From positions 1 to 38,555 of the IMG/VR virus record IMGVR_UViG_3300020122_000242: a stretch of DNA of 38,555 nt, one strand, 5' to 3'. The position numbers were made by a program, and so were the translations under genes. Under the pieces are notes generated by a model. That model worked only from the letters and a program-made list of their open reading frames with translations, searched no databases and was not told the origin of the DNA. The DNA is from a virus. This document shows, in pieces, positions 16,376-25,638 of this stretch (within the stretch, counting starts at the first letter, position 1; each line of letters opens with the position of its first letter).

Positions 16376-18658
16376 TTAGGCTGCGGGGAGTTGAGATTGC
16401 GCGCTGGGCCCAGCGCCGTCGGCCGGTTGGGGTTGAGCCGGTTGTGACTGGGCCGCGCGCGCACTGCTGCCCTCGGTGGCTTGGATCTGGTCGGATTTCT
16501 GATCCGCGCCCTCGGAGAGCATATCCAGGTGCTTCGCGTAGGCCATGCCCATCAAGTTCTGATGGTGCTTGAGGGATTCCGTCAGTAGATGCCCCTCGGT
16601 CGTGATGTGCTGGCCCTGGAGCTTGCTGAGGGTGTCGAGGCGTTTGGTCATTTCCTGCGCGGCAATCTGCATTGCCTTGAGCGCCTGATCCCGCTGCTTG
16701 TCGTCGAGCTTGCCCTTCATGGCCTGGATCAATTGCCCCATCTGCTGGGCCGCCTGGGTCAATTGCTGCACCTGCGCGCGAAGCTGGGCCGCTTCGGCTT
16801 GTGGATCCATCGATTCTTTGTCGGTCAATGCCTGCGCCACCTGCGGCATCGTCATATTCAGCATGGCGAGCACGGCGGTCTGGAGCTTCTCCGCCCCGCG
16901 CCACTTCTGATTCCCCGCCATGAAGTAGGAGACCACGGGCGCCAGCGCCGGATTGACTTTCATCAGCTCGAGCTGGTTCGCCGCTTCCTGATCGCGCCGC
17001 GTGGCGAAGTCCGGGCCGCTCTCGACTTCCACGCCATAGGTGCCGATACGCAGATCGTAGTTCTTGACGATCTTGCCTTCGACATCGCGACTCGACCAGA
17101 CCGCCTCGGGCATCGCGTCCGGATGCTGCTCCGTGTTGACGTTCACCGTGTCGTGCGTCGATCCATCCTCGCCCAGGATGCGCAGCACGCGCTCGGTGTC
17201 ATAGACCGCCGGCGTCAGATCCAGCACGATCGAATCGCTAAGTTTCTTCGCGCGGCGCAAGTTGTCCGCATATTGGAATGTGCCCAGATCGCTGTCGTTC
17301 CGCCGCGCGGTCTCTTGGCCCAGGGTGATGCGGTTGCTGGGGCCGTTGGGCATCGGCTGAAACTTGCCCGAGACATTCTCGATGTTCTGTGCCGCCGATT
17401 CCCGACCGGCCAGCAGCGCGGCGGGCGGAGGATCGGGGACGATCCGCTCGGGCTTGAGGACGGTATTGCCGACAACTGTCGGCTCATAGGGCAGCATCGG
17501 GGTGGGCTTGCGGTTCTGCTCGGCGTAGATATTCTCAAAGGCCTCCATGGATTCGGACGGCCCCGTCCAACCCGACATGGTGGCGTTGCCGATCGCCCGC
17601 GCGATCCCCGATTCCATGTAGTTGTACGCGCGCTGCGGATCCCGCTGCGGCCGCACCTGGCCCTGCGTGTGCCACCGCCCGTCGATCGGCACCAGATCCC
17701 CAAAGGTCAGAATCAGCGGCACGCGCTTGATCGGCAGCGTCCCGCGTTCTAGGATGCGCTTGCCGTTGGTCTTGATCCACTTCACGGTTTGCACGGTCGC
17801 CGTGCGCGAGCGCTTGCCTTTGGTGATCGTGCGCGTCTCGCTGTCGAGATAACACCACTTCGCGACCGGCACCATTTCCTCATTCCAGAGTTGCGAGAAT
17901 GCCGCGCTGACCGTATCGCCCGTGGGCCGTTCGCCGGGCTCGCCATACTTCGCCTCGAACCGCTTCTTCGCCAGGCGTGAGACGAGGCAGTAGTCCTCCA
18001 GATCCGATGCGTCGGGCATGATGAAGTGCGGGTCGAAATATAACAGCGACATATGCGGGATGGGCTTCAGGCGGATTTCCTGATCGAAGGCATCGGGCTC
18101 CGCCTCATCGGGATCGTCCTGTTCATACTTGGTGACGATCTCCCACGCGCCATAGCCGCCGTGTTCGGCATTCGCCGCGGCCAGCACCATCGCCAAGTCC
18201 GCGTTGCTGCTGTGGTTCACATTGCGCAGGTGCCCCTCGAGGATACGCGCCACGTCCTTGTGGGCGTCGTCATCCTTGGGGCTCACGATGCTGCCGGGGA
18301 TGTTCTGGCGGATGGAATTGACGAGGCTGTGGGAATGCCGAAGCAGCAGGTTAATCGTCAGCGTGGGGACATGGTTCTTGGTGCGTTCGTCGCGGTCCTG
18401 ACTGTCCCATTGCTCGATGTAGAGGAACCGCACATCGTCCGCATGGTTCTTGCGGTTCTGCGCCCAAGCATTGTCCATGATCCCGAAGCGCTCATGGAAC
18501 CGGAGCAAGAGCTGCTGGTCGGCATCCAGCGCCGCCTCGCTCGGGTCTTTCTTCGGATTGGGCGGGGACTCCTCCAGGGCGGGGCCCTTGACGCGCTCGG
18601 CGTCCTTGCCAGGGGTGCCCTGCGCGCGCACGCCGCTCGTATCGATCTGGCCTTCCAT
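16376..18658 (-). CDS. Portal protein
   Basis: 760 aa, the first large gene of the head module. It has a long C-terminal coiled-coil (QAEAAQLRAQVQQLTQAAQQMGQLIQAMKGKLDDKQ..) as in P22-type portal barrels. GAAGG is 6 nt upstream. Confidence 0.7.
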   Translation of the reverse strand: MEGQIDTSGVRAQGTPGKDAERVKGPALEESPPNPKKDPSEAALDADQQLLLRFHERFGIMDNAWAQNRKNHADDVRFLYIEQWDSQDRDERTKNHVPTLTINLLLRHSHSLVNSIRQNIPGSIVSPKDDDAHKDVARILEGHLRNVNHSSNADLAMVLAAANAEHGGYGAWEIVTKYEQDDPDEAEPDAFDQEIRLKPIPHMSLLYFDPHFIMPDASDLEDYCLVSRLAKKRFEAKYGEPGERPTGDTVSAAFSQLWNEEMVPVAKWCYLDSETRTITKGKRSRTATVQTVKWIKTNGKRILERGTLPIKRVPLILTFGDLVPIDGRWHTQGQVRPQRDPQRAYNYMESGIARAIGNATMSGWTGPSESMEAFENIYAEQNRKPTPMLPYEPTVVGNTVLKPERIVPDPPPAALLAGRESAAQNIENVSGKFQPMPNGPSNRITLGQETARRNDSDLGTFQYADNLRRAKKLSDSIVLDLTPAVYDTERVLRILGEDGSTHDTVNVNTEQHPDAMPEAVWSSRDVEGKIVKNYDLRIGTYGVEVESGPDFATRRDQEAANQLELMKVNPALAPVVSYFMAGNQKWRGAEKLQTAVLAMLNMTMPQVAQALTDKESMDPQAEAAQLRAQVQQLTQAAQQMGQLIQAMKGKLDDKQRDQALKAMQIAAQEMTKRLDTLSKLQGQHITTEGHLLTESLKHHQNLMGMAYAKHLDMLSEGADQKSDQIQATEGSSARAAQSQPAQPQPADGAGPSAQSQLPAA

Positions 18659-18670
18659 GGCAGGCCTTCG

Positions 18671-19048
18671 CTAGTGAAACAGCGCCGTCTTGAACTTCTT
18701 CGGGAGCGGGAACCCGCGCAGCAGCGACCGCGCGCGCCGACTCGTTGGGCCTTCCACCGAGAATTGCACGGGCTGCTTAACGTCGATCTCGCCCGTGTTC
18801 AGGTTCACGATCACATCGGCGAAGACCAAGCGCACTAGGCCATGCCCGGGCTCGGTAGGGGCGAGATTCTCAGGCGAAGCACAGATGGAACCCGACGGTA
18901 GCCCTTCGCCAATCGCGCGATTCTTCACGTCCTGGGTCATAACGATCCGCCGCACCATTGGTAAGCCGTCGAACCGTAGAGGGATCAGTAATTCCTCGAT
19001 CTGCTGCTGAACCGTCATACCCGCCGTCCGAAAAGCCCATTCTTTCAA
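18671..19048 (-). CDS. Hypothetical protein
   Basis: 125-aa ORF. Its TTG start forms a TTGA overlap with the upstream stop. An alternative ATG is at 19018. Confidence 0.45.
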   Translation of the reverse strand: MKEWAFRTAGMTVQQQIEELLIPLRFDGLPMVRRIVMTQDVKNRAIGEGLPSGSICASPENLAPTEPGHGLVRLVFADVIVNLNTGEIDVKQPVQFSVEGPTSRRARSLLRGFPLPKKFKTALFH

Positions 19049-19377
19049 GCATCCCTCCCTTGCGTGAACCGCGCCGCCGCTTGGGCGTCCCGCAGGTTAG
19101 ATTCCGCTTGCGCGAGCGCCATCTTGCAGAGATCGATACGCCGCTCGTGAATCCCGGGTGACAGCGCGATCAGGCTCGCCATCTGTTCCCCGCTCTGCAG
19201 CGATGGACATTCCACCGCGACCACCACATGCCCGCCCGTCAGCGCCGCGAGTTCGCCCACGGCATAGTCAATCGCGCCCTTGATCCGCGCGACGAACAAT
19301 TGCTTCTCCAGTTCGGGAAGCTGCGCGGGCGTTTCGGGCTTGTCGTAGGGAAGGCCGAGGCCGGTCGGGGTTTTCAT
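19045..19377 (-). CDS. Hypothetical protein
   Basis: ORF 19045..19662 trimmed to ATG 19377 (MKTPTGLGL..). The upstream 95 codons are a read-through of three tRNA genes. Confidence 0.55.
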   Translation of the reverse strand: MKTPTGLGLPYDKPETPAQLPELEKQLFVARIKGAIDYAVGELAALTGGHVVVAVECPSLQSGEQMASLIALSPGIHERRIDLCKMALAQAESNLRDAQAAARFTQGRDA

Positions 19378-19392
19378 GCAGATCCTGAGTGA

Positions 19393-19463
19393 AGCGAGAG
19401 CCGGGGGTCGAACCCGGGTCGCCTGCTTGGAAGGCAGGTGCTCAACCGTTAAGCCACCCTCGC
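19393..19463 (-). tRNA. tRNA-Gly (anticodon UCC)
   Basis: Hand-folded cloverleaf. Acceptor GCGAGGG/CTCTCGC, anticodon stem CCTGC/GCAGG with loop CTTCCAA, T arm CCGGG-TTCGACC-CCCGG, discriminator U. No CCA is encoded. Confidence 0.85.
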
Positions 19464-19466
19464 GTA

Positions 19467-19538
19467 AGTGCGAAGCGGGATTTGAACCCGCGGCCTCCGC
19501 CTTGGCAAGGCGGCGTTCTACCGCTGAACTATCCGCAC
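19467..19538 (-). tRNA. tRNA-Gly (anticodon GCC)
   Basis: Acceptor GTGCGGA/TTCGCAC, D arm GTTC-AGCGGTA-GAAC, anticodon stem CCGCC/GGCGG with loop TTGCCAA, T arm GCGGG-TTCAAAT-CCCGC, discriminator U. Confidence 0.85.
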
Positions 19539-19541
19539 ACG

Positions 19542-19614
19542 AGCTTCCGCCCGGAATCGAACCGGGGACTTCCTGCTTACGAGGCAGGTGCTCTGCCGTC
19601 TGAGCTACAGAAGC
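19542..19614 (-). tRNA. tRNA-Thr (anticodon CGU)
   Basis: Acceptor GCTTCTG/CGGAAGC, D arm GCTC-AGACGGCA-GAGC, anticodon stem CCTGC/GCAGG with loop CTCGTAA, T arm CCCGG-TTCGATT-CCGGG. Confidence 0.85.
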
Positions 19615-19680
19615 GTGAGGCAGGGGCGGATCGCATCGTCTGCTAAACCGGCGCTTCGCCAATCCGCAACCCCACCACTG

Positions 19681-20088
19681 CTAATTGCTGCGCGCCTTCC
19701 CCGCTTTGCGGAAGGCGACTTCCATCCCTTCGGCCATCACCGCCAGGACTTCCCAATTGAAGCCTTTGGCCGCGGCCTTAAACTCGTCCGACATCAGGTG
19801 ATCGCCCGTCTTCGGATCGGTTTCGAAACATGGCACCGGATGCGCGGGCTTGTCCTCGCCGTGCTCGTCCGTGCTGGTCGGAAACTCGACGAACAAGCGC
19901 AAATGCTTGTCGTCTGCGCCACCGCTCGCCAAGGCGTCGAAGCTCTTGAGCGCCGAGGCGAGGCCCGCACGGCCCTTGGCCGTCATGAGGGTGACATGAT
20001 TGTCGAAGGTCTGGCGCGTGACATCCGCTTCCGGCGCAGCGCTCGGAACGGTGCCGAGACTCATGCCGGCGTCAGTGGAGGGTGACAT
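19681..20088 (-). CDS. Hypothetical protein
   Basis: 135 aa. ATG 20088 has GGAG 6 nt upstream. Confidence 0.55.
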   Translation of the reverse strand: MSPSTDAGMSLGTVPSAAPEADVTRQTFDNHVTLMTAKGRAGLASALKSFDALASGGADDKHLRLFVEFPTSTDEHGEDKPAHPVPCFETDPKTGDHLMSDEFKAAAKGFNWEVLAVMAEGMEVAFRKAGKARSN

Positions 20089-20410
20089 GTTGGGCTCCGG
20101 GCTGGGGTGCTTCTTTCGAGGATGCGAGATAGACCCGCAAGGTGCGGCCGAGGCGTTTGTCTTTGGTGTCGCTCATCTGGTACCGCAATGCATATTCTTC
20201 GCACAAGGCATCGATTCCCGCAACCGCTTTCATGCCGAAGACCTCGGTCAGCGCCCGCTCGTTGGTCTCGAACCAGGTGCCCTCCCGTTGCTCGGCGATC
20301 GCATCGGCCAGGTCGACCGCCGTTGCGCCGCCTCCGCCCTTGCGGCAGATGAAGCGCAGCACCCGGGCGCCGGACATGGTGAAGGGGTCGGTATTGGGTT
20401 TGAGTTTCAT
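20072..20410 (-). CDS. Hypothetical protein
   Basis: 112 aa. ATGA overlap with the upstream gene at 20407-20410. Confidence 0.55.
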   Translation of the reverse strand: MKLKPNTDPFTMSGARVLRFICRKGGGGATAVDLADAIAEQREGTWFETNERALTEVFGMKAVAGIDALCEEYALRYQMSDTKDKRLGRTLRVYLASSKEAPQPGAQHVTLH

Positions 20411-20634
20411 CGCGTTCGCAACCTCTGCTGTTCCTGCTGCTCGTCGCGTTCTTTCCGTTTGGCGCTCCGCACGTCTTGCACGCCGGTGCCATGCATGATC
20501 CGGTGGAGCGCCTCGTCAAAATGCCGATCCGTCAAAAAGGCGCGCAACTTCCGCGCGGATTTGGCTTTTCCGCGACCGCGTTCGCTCCGATAGACCATGT
20601 GTCGCCGCACCTTGCGGATCTTGCTACGGGCCAT
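20407..20634 (-). CDS. Small highly basic protein
   Basis: 75 aa, Arg/Lys-rich. GGAGG is 6 nt upstream of ATG 20634. Confidence 0.5.
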   Translation of the reverse strand: MARSKIRKVRRHMVYRSERGRGKAKSARKLRAFLTDRHFDEALHRIMHGTGVQDVRSAKRKERDEQQEQQRLRTR

Positions 20635-20646
20635 GAAACGCCTCCG

Positions 20647-22038
20647 CTAGCTCCCCATCCAGGTTCCCCGACCCAGGCCGCGGCCCAGCCGGATATTCTC
20701 GCCGTCGGGCGGCTTCTGCCGCTCGTCGCGCTCGGAGACCGCCATGTAGCGCACCGCATCGCAATCGTGGGCGGCAAGCTGGCGGTCTTTGGGTTCGGTG
20801 AGCGTGCCGAACTGCTTATCCTTGGCCCATTCGTACTCGCCCATGGAATTCAGGACGGCGTCGCATTTCTCGGCATCCCACCAGCTCCGGGGCAGCATGG
20901 CCTTGACGGCGTTGATCCCCGTGATCACCGACAGATACGGCGCGGGCTTCAGAGGCGCGTTGAAGTGCCCACCCTTCCGGAAGCCGACCTCGGCGAGCAT
21001 GGCCTGATAGCTGTGCGGCACGCCCGGCACCGGATCTAGGATATCCCGCCCACCCCAATGAGCCACATAGTTGTACTTCGCGCGTTCGCCCTCCCGCATC
21101 AGGTCCGCAATCGCCCGCGGGTCGCTGTTGTCCGTCGACAGGTGATCGATGAAGTAACGCGCGGGGCCCTTCTGCTGCCACATCATGACCCGGTTGTGCA
21201 CGCCGCGATCCCAGGAGGTGTGCACGCCCAGGTACGGATCGTGGGGGACGTTCGTGATGCGCCCATTGCGCCGCAGCCACGACATCTCCTTGCCGTAGAC
21301 CTTGCCCGCGTTGATGCCCAGCGGAGAGTTGTAATATTCTTGCTGGATCGCATCCTCAGACATGCCGAATCGCCCGTTAGTGGCTTTGTAGTCCGCCCGA
21401 TCCCGCTCGACCTGATCCGGCCCCACGACGGGCAATCCATAGCCTTCTTCGCCCGGAGCATCGCGATAGGTCTGATCGATGTTCAACTCGCTGAAGAACG
21501 CGTCTTTCGGGCAACGGCTGCGGGCGAGTTCGGCGAGTCGCGCCCCGTGGTTGTCCCCCCGCATGGTATACATGAATACTTCGGCGCCGCGGTTGGCCGC
21601 GACCATAGGGCGGAAGATCGTGCGGGCCATAGGATCTCCGATCGAGAACTCAGAGTACCCAATGACCTTGGGGCCGCCACCGACTTGGCTGTCGTAGCGA
21701 TCGTATCCGATGACTTCATAGACCCCGCCGCTAGGGAACCACATCGTCATGGTCTGATCGTTCATCCGCGACGTGAAGGGGGCCATGTCGTCGATGATGC
21801 GCTTTCCGTCCGGCGTCGTGGCGTTCCAGAAGCGCCGGCGTGCCTGGATTGCGTCGGGAAAGCCGTGCCAAATTGGCCATCCCTTGTCCCGCGCCTTCGC
21901 CCCTGCCGCATTGAGGAACGTGCGGTCCTTGCCGTACCGCCGATGCCAGAGCAGCACGTACAATTGGTACATTTCCTGATCGAAGCAATACAGAAAGGGC
22001 CGTTGCTTCGACCGCGGGACGAACGGAGGACGCTCCAT
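20647..22038 (-). CDS. terL: Terminase large subunit
   Basis: 463 aa. It has a Walker-A-like WHRRYGKD, VIGYSEF (Walker B/catalytic Glu), TMRG coupling motif, nuclease Asp in HTSWDRG, and a C-terminal AHDCDAVRY typical of TerL nuclease domains. Confidence 0.85.
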   Translation of the reverse strand: MERPPFVPRSKQRPFLYCFDQEMYQLYVLLWHRRYGKDRTFLNAAGAKARDKGWPIWHGFPDAIQARRRFWNATTPDGKRIIDDMAPFTSRMNDQTMTMWFPSGGVYEVIGYDRYDSQVGGGPKVIGYSEFSIGDPMARTIFRPMVAANRGAEVFMYTMRGDNHGARLAELARSRCPKDAFFSELNIDQTYRDAPGEEGYGLPVVGPDQVERDRADYKATNGRFGMSEDAIQQEYYNSPLGINAGKVYGKEMSWLRRNGRITNVPHDPYLGVHTSWDRGVHNRVMMWQQKGPARYFIDHLSTDNSDPRAIADLMREGERAKYNYVAHWGGRDILDPVPGVPHSYQAMLAEVGFRKGGHFNAPLKPAPYLSVITGINAVKAMLPRSWWDAEKCDAVLNSMGEYEWAKDKQFGTLTEPKDRQLAAHDCDAVRYMAVSERDERQKPPDGENIRLGRGLGRGTWMGS

Positions 22039-22224
22039 TCATAATCTTTGTGCGCAGCAAGGGCATGCAATCGCCTCAATTGCCCATTGCAGGTGGCCAT
22101 TGGTGACAAAGCATAGAAACCATGCCTGTCCGTGCTTTTCAATCGTCAGGGGCGATTTCCCGGCCTCTATGTTGAATTTTTCTAGCTTTTCGCATTGATG
22201 CGCGCCAGTAGCAGGCGGAATCAT
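22039..22224 (-). CDS. Small Cys-rich protein between TerS and TerL
   Basis: This 61-aa ORF fills the gap exactly. Its ATG follows the TerS TAG directly, and its TGA abuts the TerL ATG. It contains C11, C38 and CPCC, and lies in a locally lower-GC stretch. Confidence 0.5.
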   Translation of the reverse strand: MIPPATGAHQCEKLEKFNIEAGKSPLTIEKHGQAWFLCFVTNGHLQWAIEAIACPCCAQRL

Positions 22225-22740
22225 CTAATCCCCTCCCAGTTTGGGCGCCTGAAGTCGTCGCGCCTTCGGTTTTGGATGCGCGGGCGCATGGGGCTTCGCC
22301 GCTATGGGCTTAGTGGGTGCGGCCAGCGCTTTCTTCCGCTCGGCCATGAAGGCCTTGACCTCCTTGTCCACGGCCAGCGATTCCCACGGCACGATGTTGA
22401 ACACGCTCTTGCCCTCGTCATCCACGACCTTGATCGCCGAGAGCTTGGGCGCATGGTACTGGGCCGCTTCCTTCAGGCAGGTGATGCGCAGTTCGGGGAT
22501 CGCCGGAACCTCGACCAGCTCGGCGGGCTCGCCACGGGTGACCACGACCTGAATCTGCCAGGTCGTCAGCCCATAGCCCACCTTCAGCAGCTCGATCACG
22601 GGCGGGTCGAATCCATGCTTGCCCAGGAACCGGTCGATCTCTTCCCGGATCTCGAGCGTGCGCTTGTTGGGCGTGCCCTTCTTCCGGCCCGCGCCGGGCG
22701 GCCGTGTCGTCGTTCCGGGTTTCGGGCCTCGCGCGCCCAT
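22225..22740 (-). CDS. terS: Terminase small subunit
   Basis: The track ORF starts at TTG 22800. ATG 22740 (AAGGAAG upstream) gives MGARGPKPG..GRKKGTPNKRT (HTH-like N-terminus). CLKEAAQYHAPKLSAIKVV resembles the ..A...LLPY.HPKL.A.. motif of small terminases. Confidence 0.65.
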   Translation of the reverse strand: MGARGPKPGTTTRPPGAGRKKGTPNKRTLEIREEIDRFLGKHGFDPPVIELLKVGYGLTTWQIQVVVTRGEPAELVEVPAIPELRITCLKEAAQYHAPKLSAIKVVDDEGKSVFNIVPWESLAVDKEVKAFMAERKKALAAPTKPIAAKPHAPAHPKPKARRLQAPKLGGD

Positions 22741-22804
22741 GGCTTCCTTACTTTTCTTGACTATGAGGTTTCGTGTCAAGGACTTGAACGAATTATCCAA
22801 TAAC

Positions 22805-24034
22805 TTACTGTTCCAGCGGCCCCATCAAGCTCGGCGCAACCATTCGCCGAGGCACGTTCAGCTCTGCATTCCGAAGCCCGAGCGCCGCCTCGATCCGCAT
22901 CAATTGCCCGTCCGTGATGACCCGGGCGCGGTCGATCGCGAGCTTGTCGCCCGAGGCGAGCGCCTTTCGCCGCGCCGCCACCCGCGCGTCATGGTTGCGC
23001 AGAAAGCTGATATCCTTCGCGCCGGCCGGGAGCTTCTCGCCCCGCTGCGCATCCGATAAGCCGGGATAGCGCTCGTCCAGCGTGCGCAGCACCAAATGCA
23101 CACGCACATGGAGTTCGTCGGGTTGGGCTATGATTCGCCCCATTGGTTCGGGTCGTGCGCCCGGGAAATTTCCATTGTCGCCCGCGGAGTCATCGGACAC
23201 CACGGCTCCCGGACTGTCAGCCCATCCTCCTGCGCCATTTTCTGATACTTTTGAAATAATCGATTCATTTCCATTTCCGCTGTTTCCGGCTTGCGCTTCA
23301 AGGCTTTCCGAAGGGCGAAAATCATCCCGGAAAGGCTCAGGCCGAGCAGTTTCCTCATTGATTTCCTCGGCGGAAACCATGGGCTGTACTCGATGTAAGG
23401 CTGCTTGCTCTTGATAGGCATTTTCTTCCTCTTTAGCGTCTTCGCGTCTTCGCGTGAACTCCTGTTGTCCCAAAACCCGCACCGCCGCCACCGTCCCCAC
23501 CGCCAACACGATCAGCAACGCCAGGTGCGCGCCGATCAGCACCTTTTCCATGCCCGGGAGCGCCCGCCGTTTCGACAAATCCGCACCCGCCAACTCCCGG
23601 TCCGCGTCGTTCGCCTCCATTGTGAGCGAGACGATCTGCTGCCCGACCTTCCGATTTTCCTGACGGCTCGCGTCCTTTACGACTTCGAGCGAACCTTCCG
23701 TGCGCTCAATAATGCGACCCAGCGCCTGACTCTGGCGCAGCTCGACCAGCAGCGGCTTGCCCACCTGGTAGAGCGGCCCCGCGACCAGCAGCGCCGTGAT
23801 CAGCCCTGCCGCCACGAACAGCGCGCCCTCGCGCACGGTCGCTGCCTGAGCCCGCGCCTGCTCATGCCACGCCCAGAGCCCGAGCCACTCGAGCGCCGGG
23901 CTCGCCAGCGCGCCCCAGCCTCGCGACCCCGTCAGCTCCTGCCAGAACGGGATCCCATGCCATTGGAGCAGCAGCACGCACAACGGCAGCGCGACGGCCG
24001 GGAAGAGCCAGGAGGGGAAGCGGGGAAGGGTCAT
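22805..24034 (-). CDS. Multi-pass membrane protein with an acidic low-GC linker and a C-terminal soluble domain
   Basis: Start set to ATG 24034 (ATGA overlap). Hydrophobic segments are WLFPAVALPLCVLLLQW, GALFVAAGLITALLVAG and LIGAHLALLIVLAVGTVAAV. No functional motif was seen. Confidence 0.6.
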   Translation of the reverse strand: MTLPRFPSWLFPAVALPLCVLLLQWHGIPFWQELTGSRGWGALASPALEWLGLWAWHEQARAQAATVREGALFVAAGLITALLVAGPLYQVGKPLLVELRQSQALGRIIERTEGSLEVVKDASRQENRKVGQQIVSLTMEANDADRELAGADLSKRRALPGMEKVLIGAHLALLIVLAVGTVAAVRVLGQQEFTRRREDAKEEENAYQEQAALHRVQPMVSAEEINEETARPEPFRDDFRPSESLEAQAGNSGNGNESIISKVSENGAGGWADSPGAVVSDDSAGDNGNFPGARPEPMGRIIAQPDELHVRVHLVLRTLDERYPGLSDAQRGEKLPAGAKDISFLRNHDARVAARRKALASGDKLAIDRARVITDGQLMRIEAALGLRNAELNVPRRMVAPSLMGPLEQ

Positions 24035-24504
24035 GGCTTTTTGTTCCACGGCTTGAATTCTTCAATCTCGTCAAGATCGGGAAAATCCCCCTTGAATTGA
24101 ATGGCTCGATCGTCAAGCGTCACAAGCGCCGGGGGTTTGAACTTGGGAAACTCAATCCGTTTGACGACAACCGCTGCTAGTTCCCGCAGATTCAGATCGT
24201 AGGGTGCTGCATTGTCATATTCGGCGGTCACCAGTTCCCGCAACCAAAGCGGCTTTTGACGAAAGAGCGTGTCTGCCATTTCGCGCATGATGTGGTTTTG
24301 CAACCATCGACGCATTGCCCGCTTGCCGCCCCACTGATGCGAGCGGCTGCTGTAAATGCAGACTGTGAACCGCCCCATTGCTTGCAACAGGAACGCGATC
24401 GCCCCATCTACAGGAAGGTCGGGGATCTCAGCCGCGCCCTTCCAGCCAGATTCGTAACTGTGCAGCACGCCGTCAAAATCAAGACACAAAATTGGTCTAC
24501 CCAT
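24031..24504 (-). CDS. HAD-superfamily phosphatase / nucleotidase-like protein
   Basis: ORF trimmed to ATG 24504 (MGRPILCLDFDGVLHSY). DxDGV is HAD motif I. There is an 8-nt overlap with the upstream stop. Confidence 0.6.
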   Translation of the reverse strand: MGRPILCLDFDGVLHSYESGWKGAAEIPDLPVDGAIAFLLQAMGRFTVCIYSSRSHQWGGKRAMRRWLQNHIMREMADTLFRQKPLWLRELVTAEYDNAAPYDLNLRELAAVVVKRIEFPKFKPPALVTLDDRAIQFKGDFPDLDEIEEFKPWNKKP

Positions 24505-25276
24505 TCCGCACCCCCTTCCCCACCCATTGCGGGGGCAGCGGCTCGCGATCGCCCAGGACTTGCCCAAGGCGCTGCAGGGCCGCTTTCCCCTGAAACCCGC
24601 GCAGCTCGGCGCGGAGTTGAGCATCGCCCGGCGCTGGGCCGATCCAGGCCAGCCATCCGAATTCGAAGGGATAGCCGGTCAGCCACCCATGCAATGCCTC
24701 CAAATCGGCGCGCCAGGGCACGAAGGCCCCCGCCGCCGCCCAGACCCGCCGCCAGAGAGGATTGACCGTCCGGCGCAGCCCCAGGGCCTCGCTGATCGCG
24801 AGAATTTCGGGCAGCGTGCAAAACTTCCGCGCGAACATGTCCGCCGCCGCATCCGGATTGTAGGTGCCAACGCCGGGGACATGAAAAGCCCCCACGCTGA
24901 TCGTCGGTTCGCCCCATCCCGCTCCGCGCAACGTCTCGCGGATCACCCGCTCGCCCTCGCGCCGCAGGGCATGGTTCCAGTTCGCCGGCGTGCGCTTCGG
25001 GAGGATTCCCTGCTTGGCCGCCTCTCCGCCCGTCTGGTCCACGATTTTCTGGGCATTCAGGCGGATCCGCAAGCCGCGATGGCCCTTCTTCGGCACGGCC
25101 TCGACCTCATTCGCCACGAGCGCCACATGCCAGACGGGGAGCTTGTCCAGCTCGAGGCTGGCATCGATGCAGGTCGCCACCCGGAACGGCCCGACGATCC
25201 GGTGGAATCGGCTATCCTGATAATGCTGCTGCGCAGTGCAGGGAATCAGCACAGCGGTGCGCTGGGAAGGGGTCAT
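24497..25276 (-). CDS. Hypothetical protein
   Basis: 259 aa. ATGA overlap at 25273-25276. Confidence 0.6.
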   Translation of the reverse strand: MTPSQRTAVLIPCTAQQHYQDSRFHRIVGPFRVATCIDASLELDKLPVWHVALVANEVEAVPKKGHRGLRIRLNAQKIVDQTGGEAAKQGILPKRTPANWNHALRREGERVIRETLRGAGWGEPTISVGAFHVPGVGTYNPDAAADMFARKFCTLPEILAISEALGLRRTVNPLWRRVWAAAGAFVPWRADLEALHGWLTGYPFEFGWLAWIGPAPGDAQLRAELRGFQGKAALQRLGQVLGDREPLPPQWVGKGVRNG

Positions 25277-25638
25277 TGATGTACCCGCAAGCGTTCAGGC
25301 GTTTCGCCCCGCCTGATTTGATCGATCTCCAGAGCGCTAAAATCCTTCGGATTACGCCCAGTTTTCTGATAGGTCACCACCCCGCTCAGCGGGTGAACGC
25401 TTCGAATCTCCATGCTGTGTGCCCCCAGCAACATTTCCTCCTGAACTAAAGGCGGCGTCTCGGGGCGATGACCCGCTCCGGCGCTGAGGATTTGTAAAGC
25501 CAGTGGTCTCTCGTCCTCCGGAAAGGCCGCGCGCCGGATGCAATCGCCGATCTGGATGCACTCCCCCCGTTGCATCCGCATGAATTGCCGTTCCAAAACC
25601 TCACGGGCCCACAGCAGCCGCCGGGTTCGATCACTCAT
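25273..25638 (-). CDS. Hypothetical protein
   Basis: Trimmed to ATG 25638 (MSDRTRRLL..). ATGA overlap at 25635-25638. Confidence 0.55.
   Translation of the reverse strand: MSDRTRRLLWAREVLERQFMRMQRGECIQIGDCIRRAAFPEDERPLALQILSAGAGHRPETPPLVQEEMLLGAHSMEIRSVHPLSGVVTYQKTGRNPKDFSALEIDQIRRGETPERLRVHQ

Noticed and set aside
19378-19662. N-terminal 95 codons of ORF 19045..19662
   Set aside because: The peptide (..EVPGSIPGGS.., ..AAGSNPAS..) is a translation of tRNA T-arms. Three cloverleaves fold here, and the real CDS starts at 19377.
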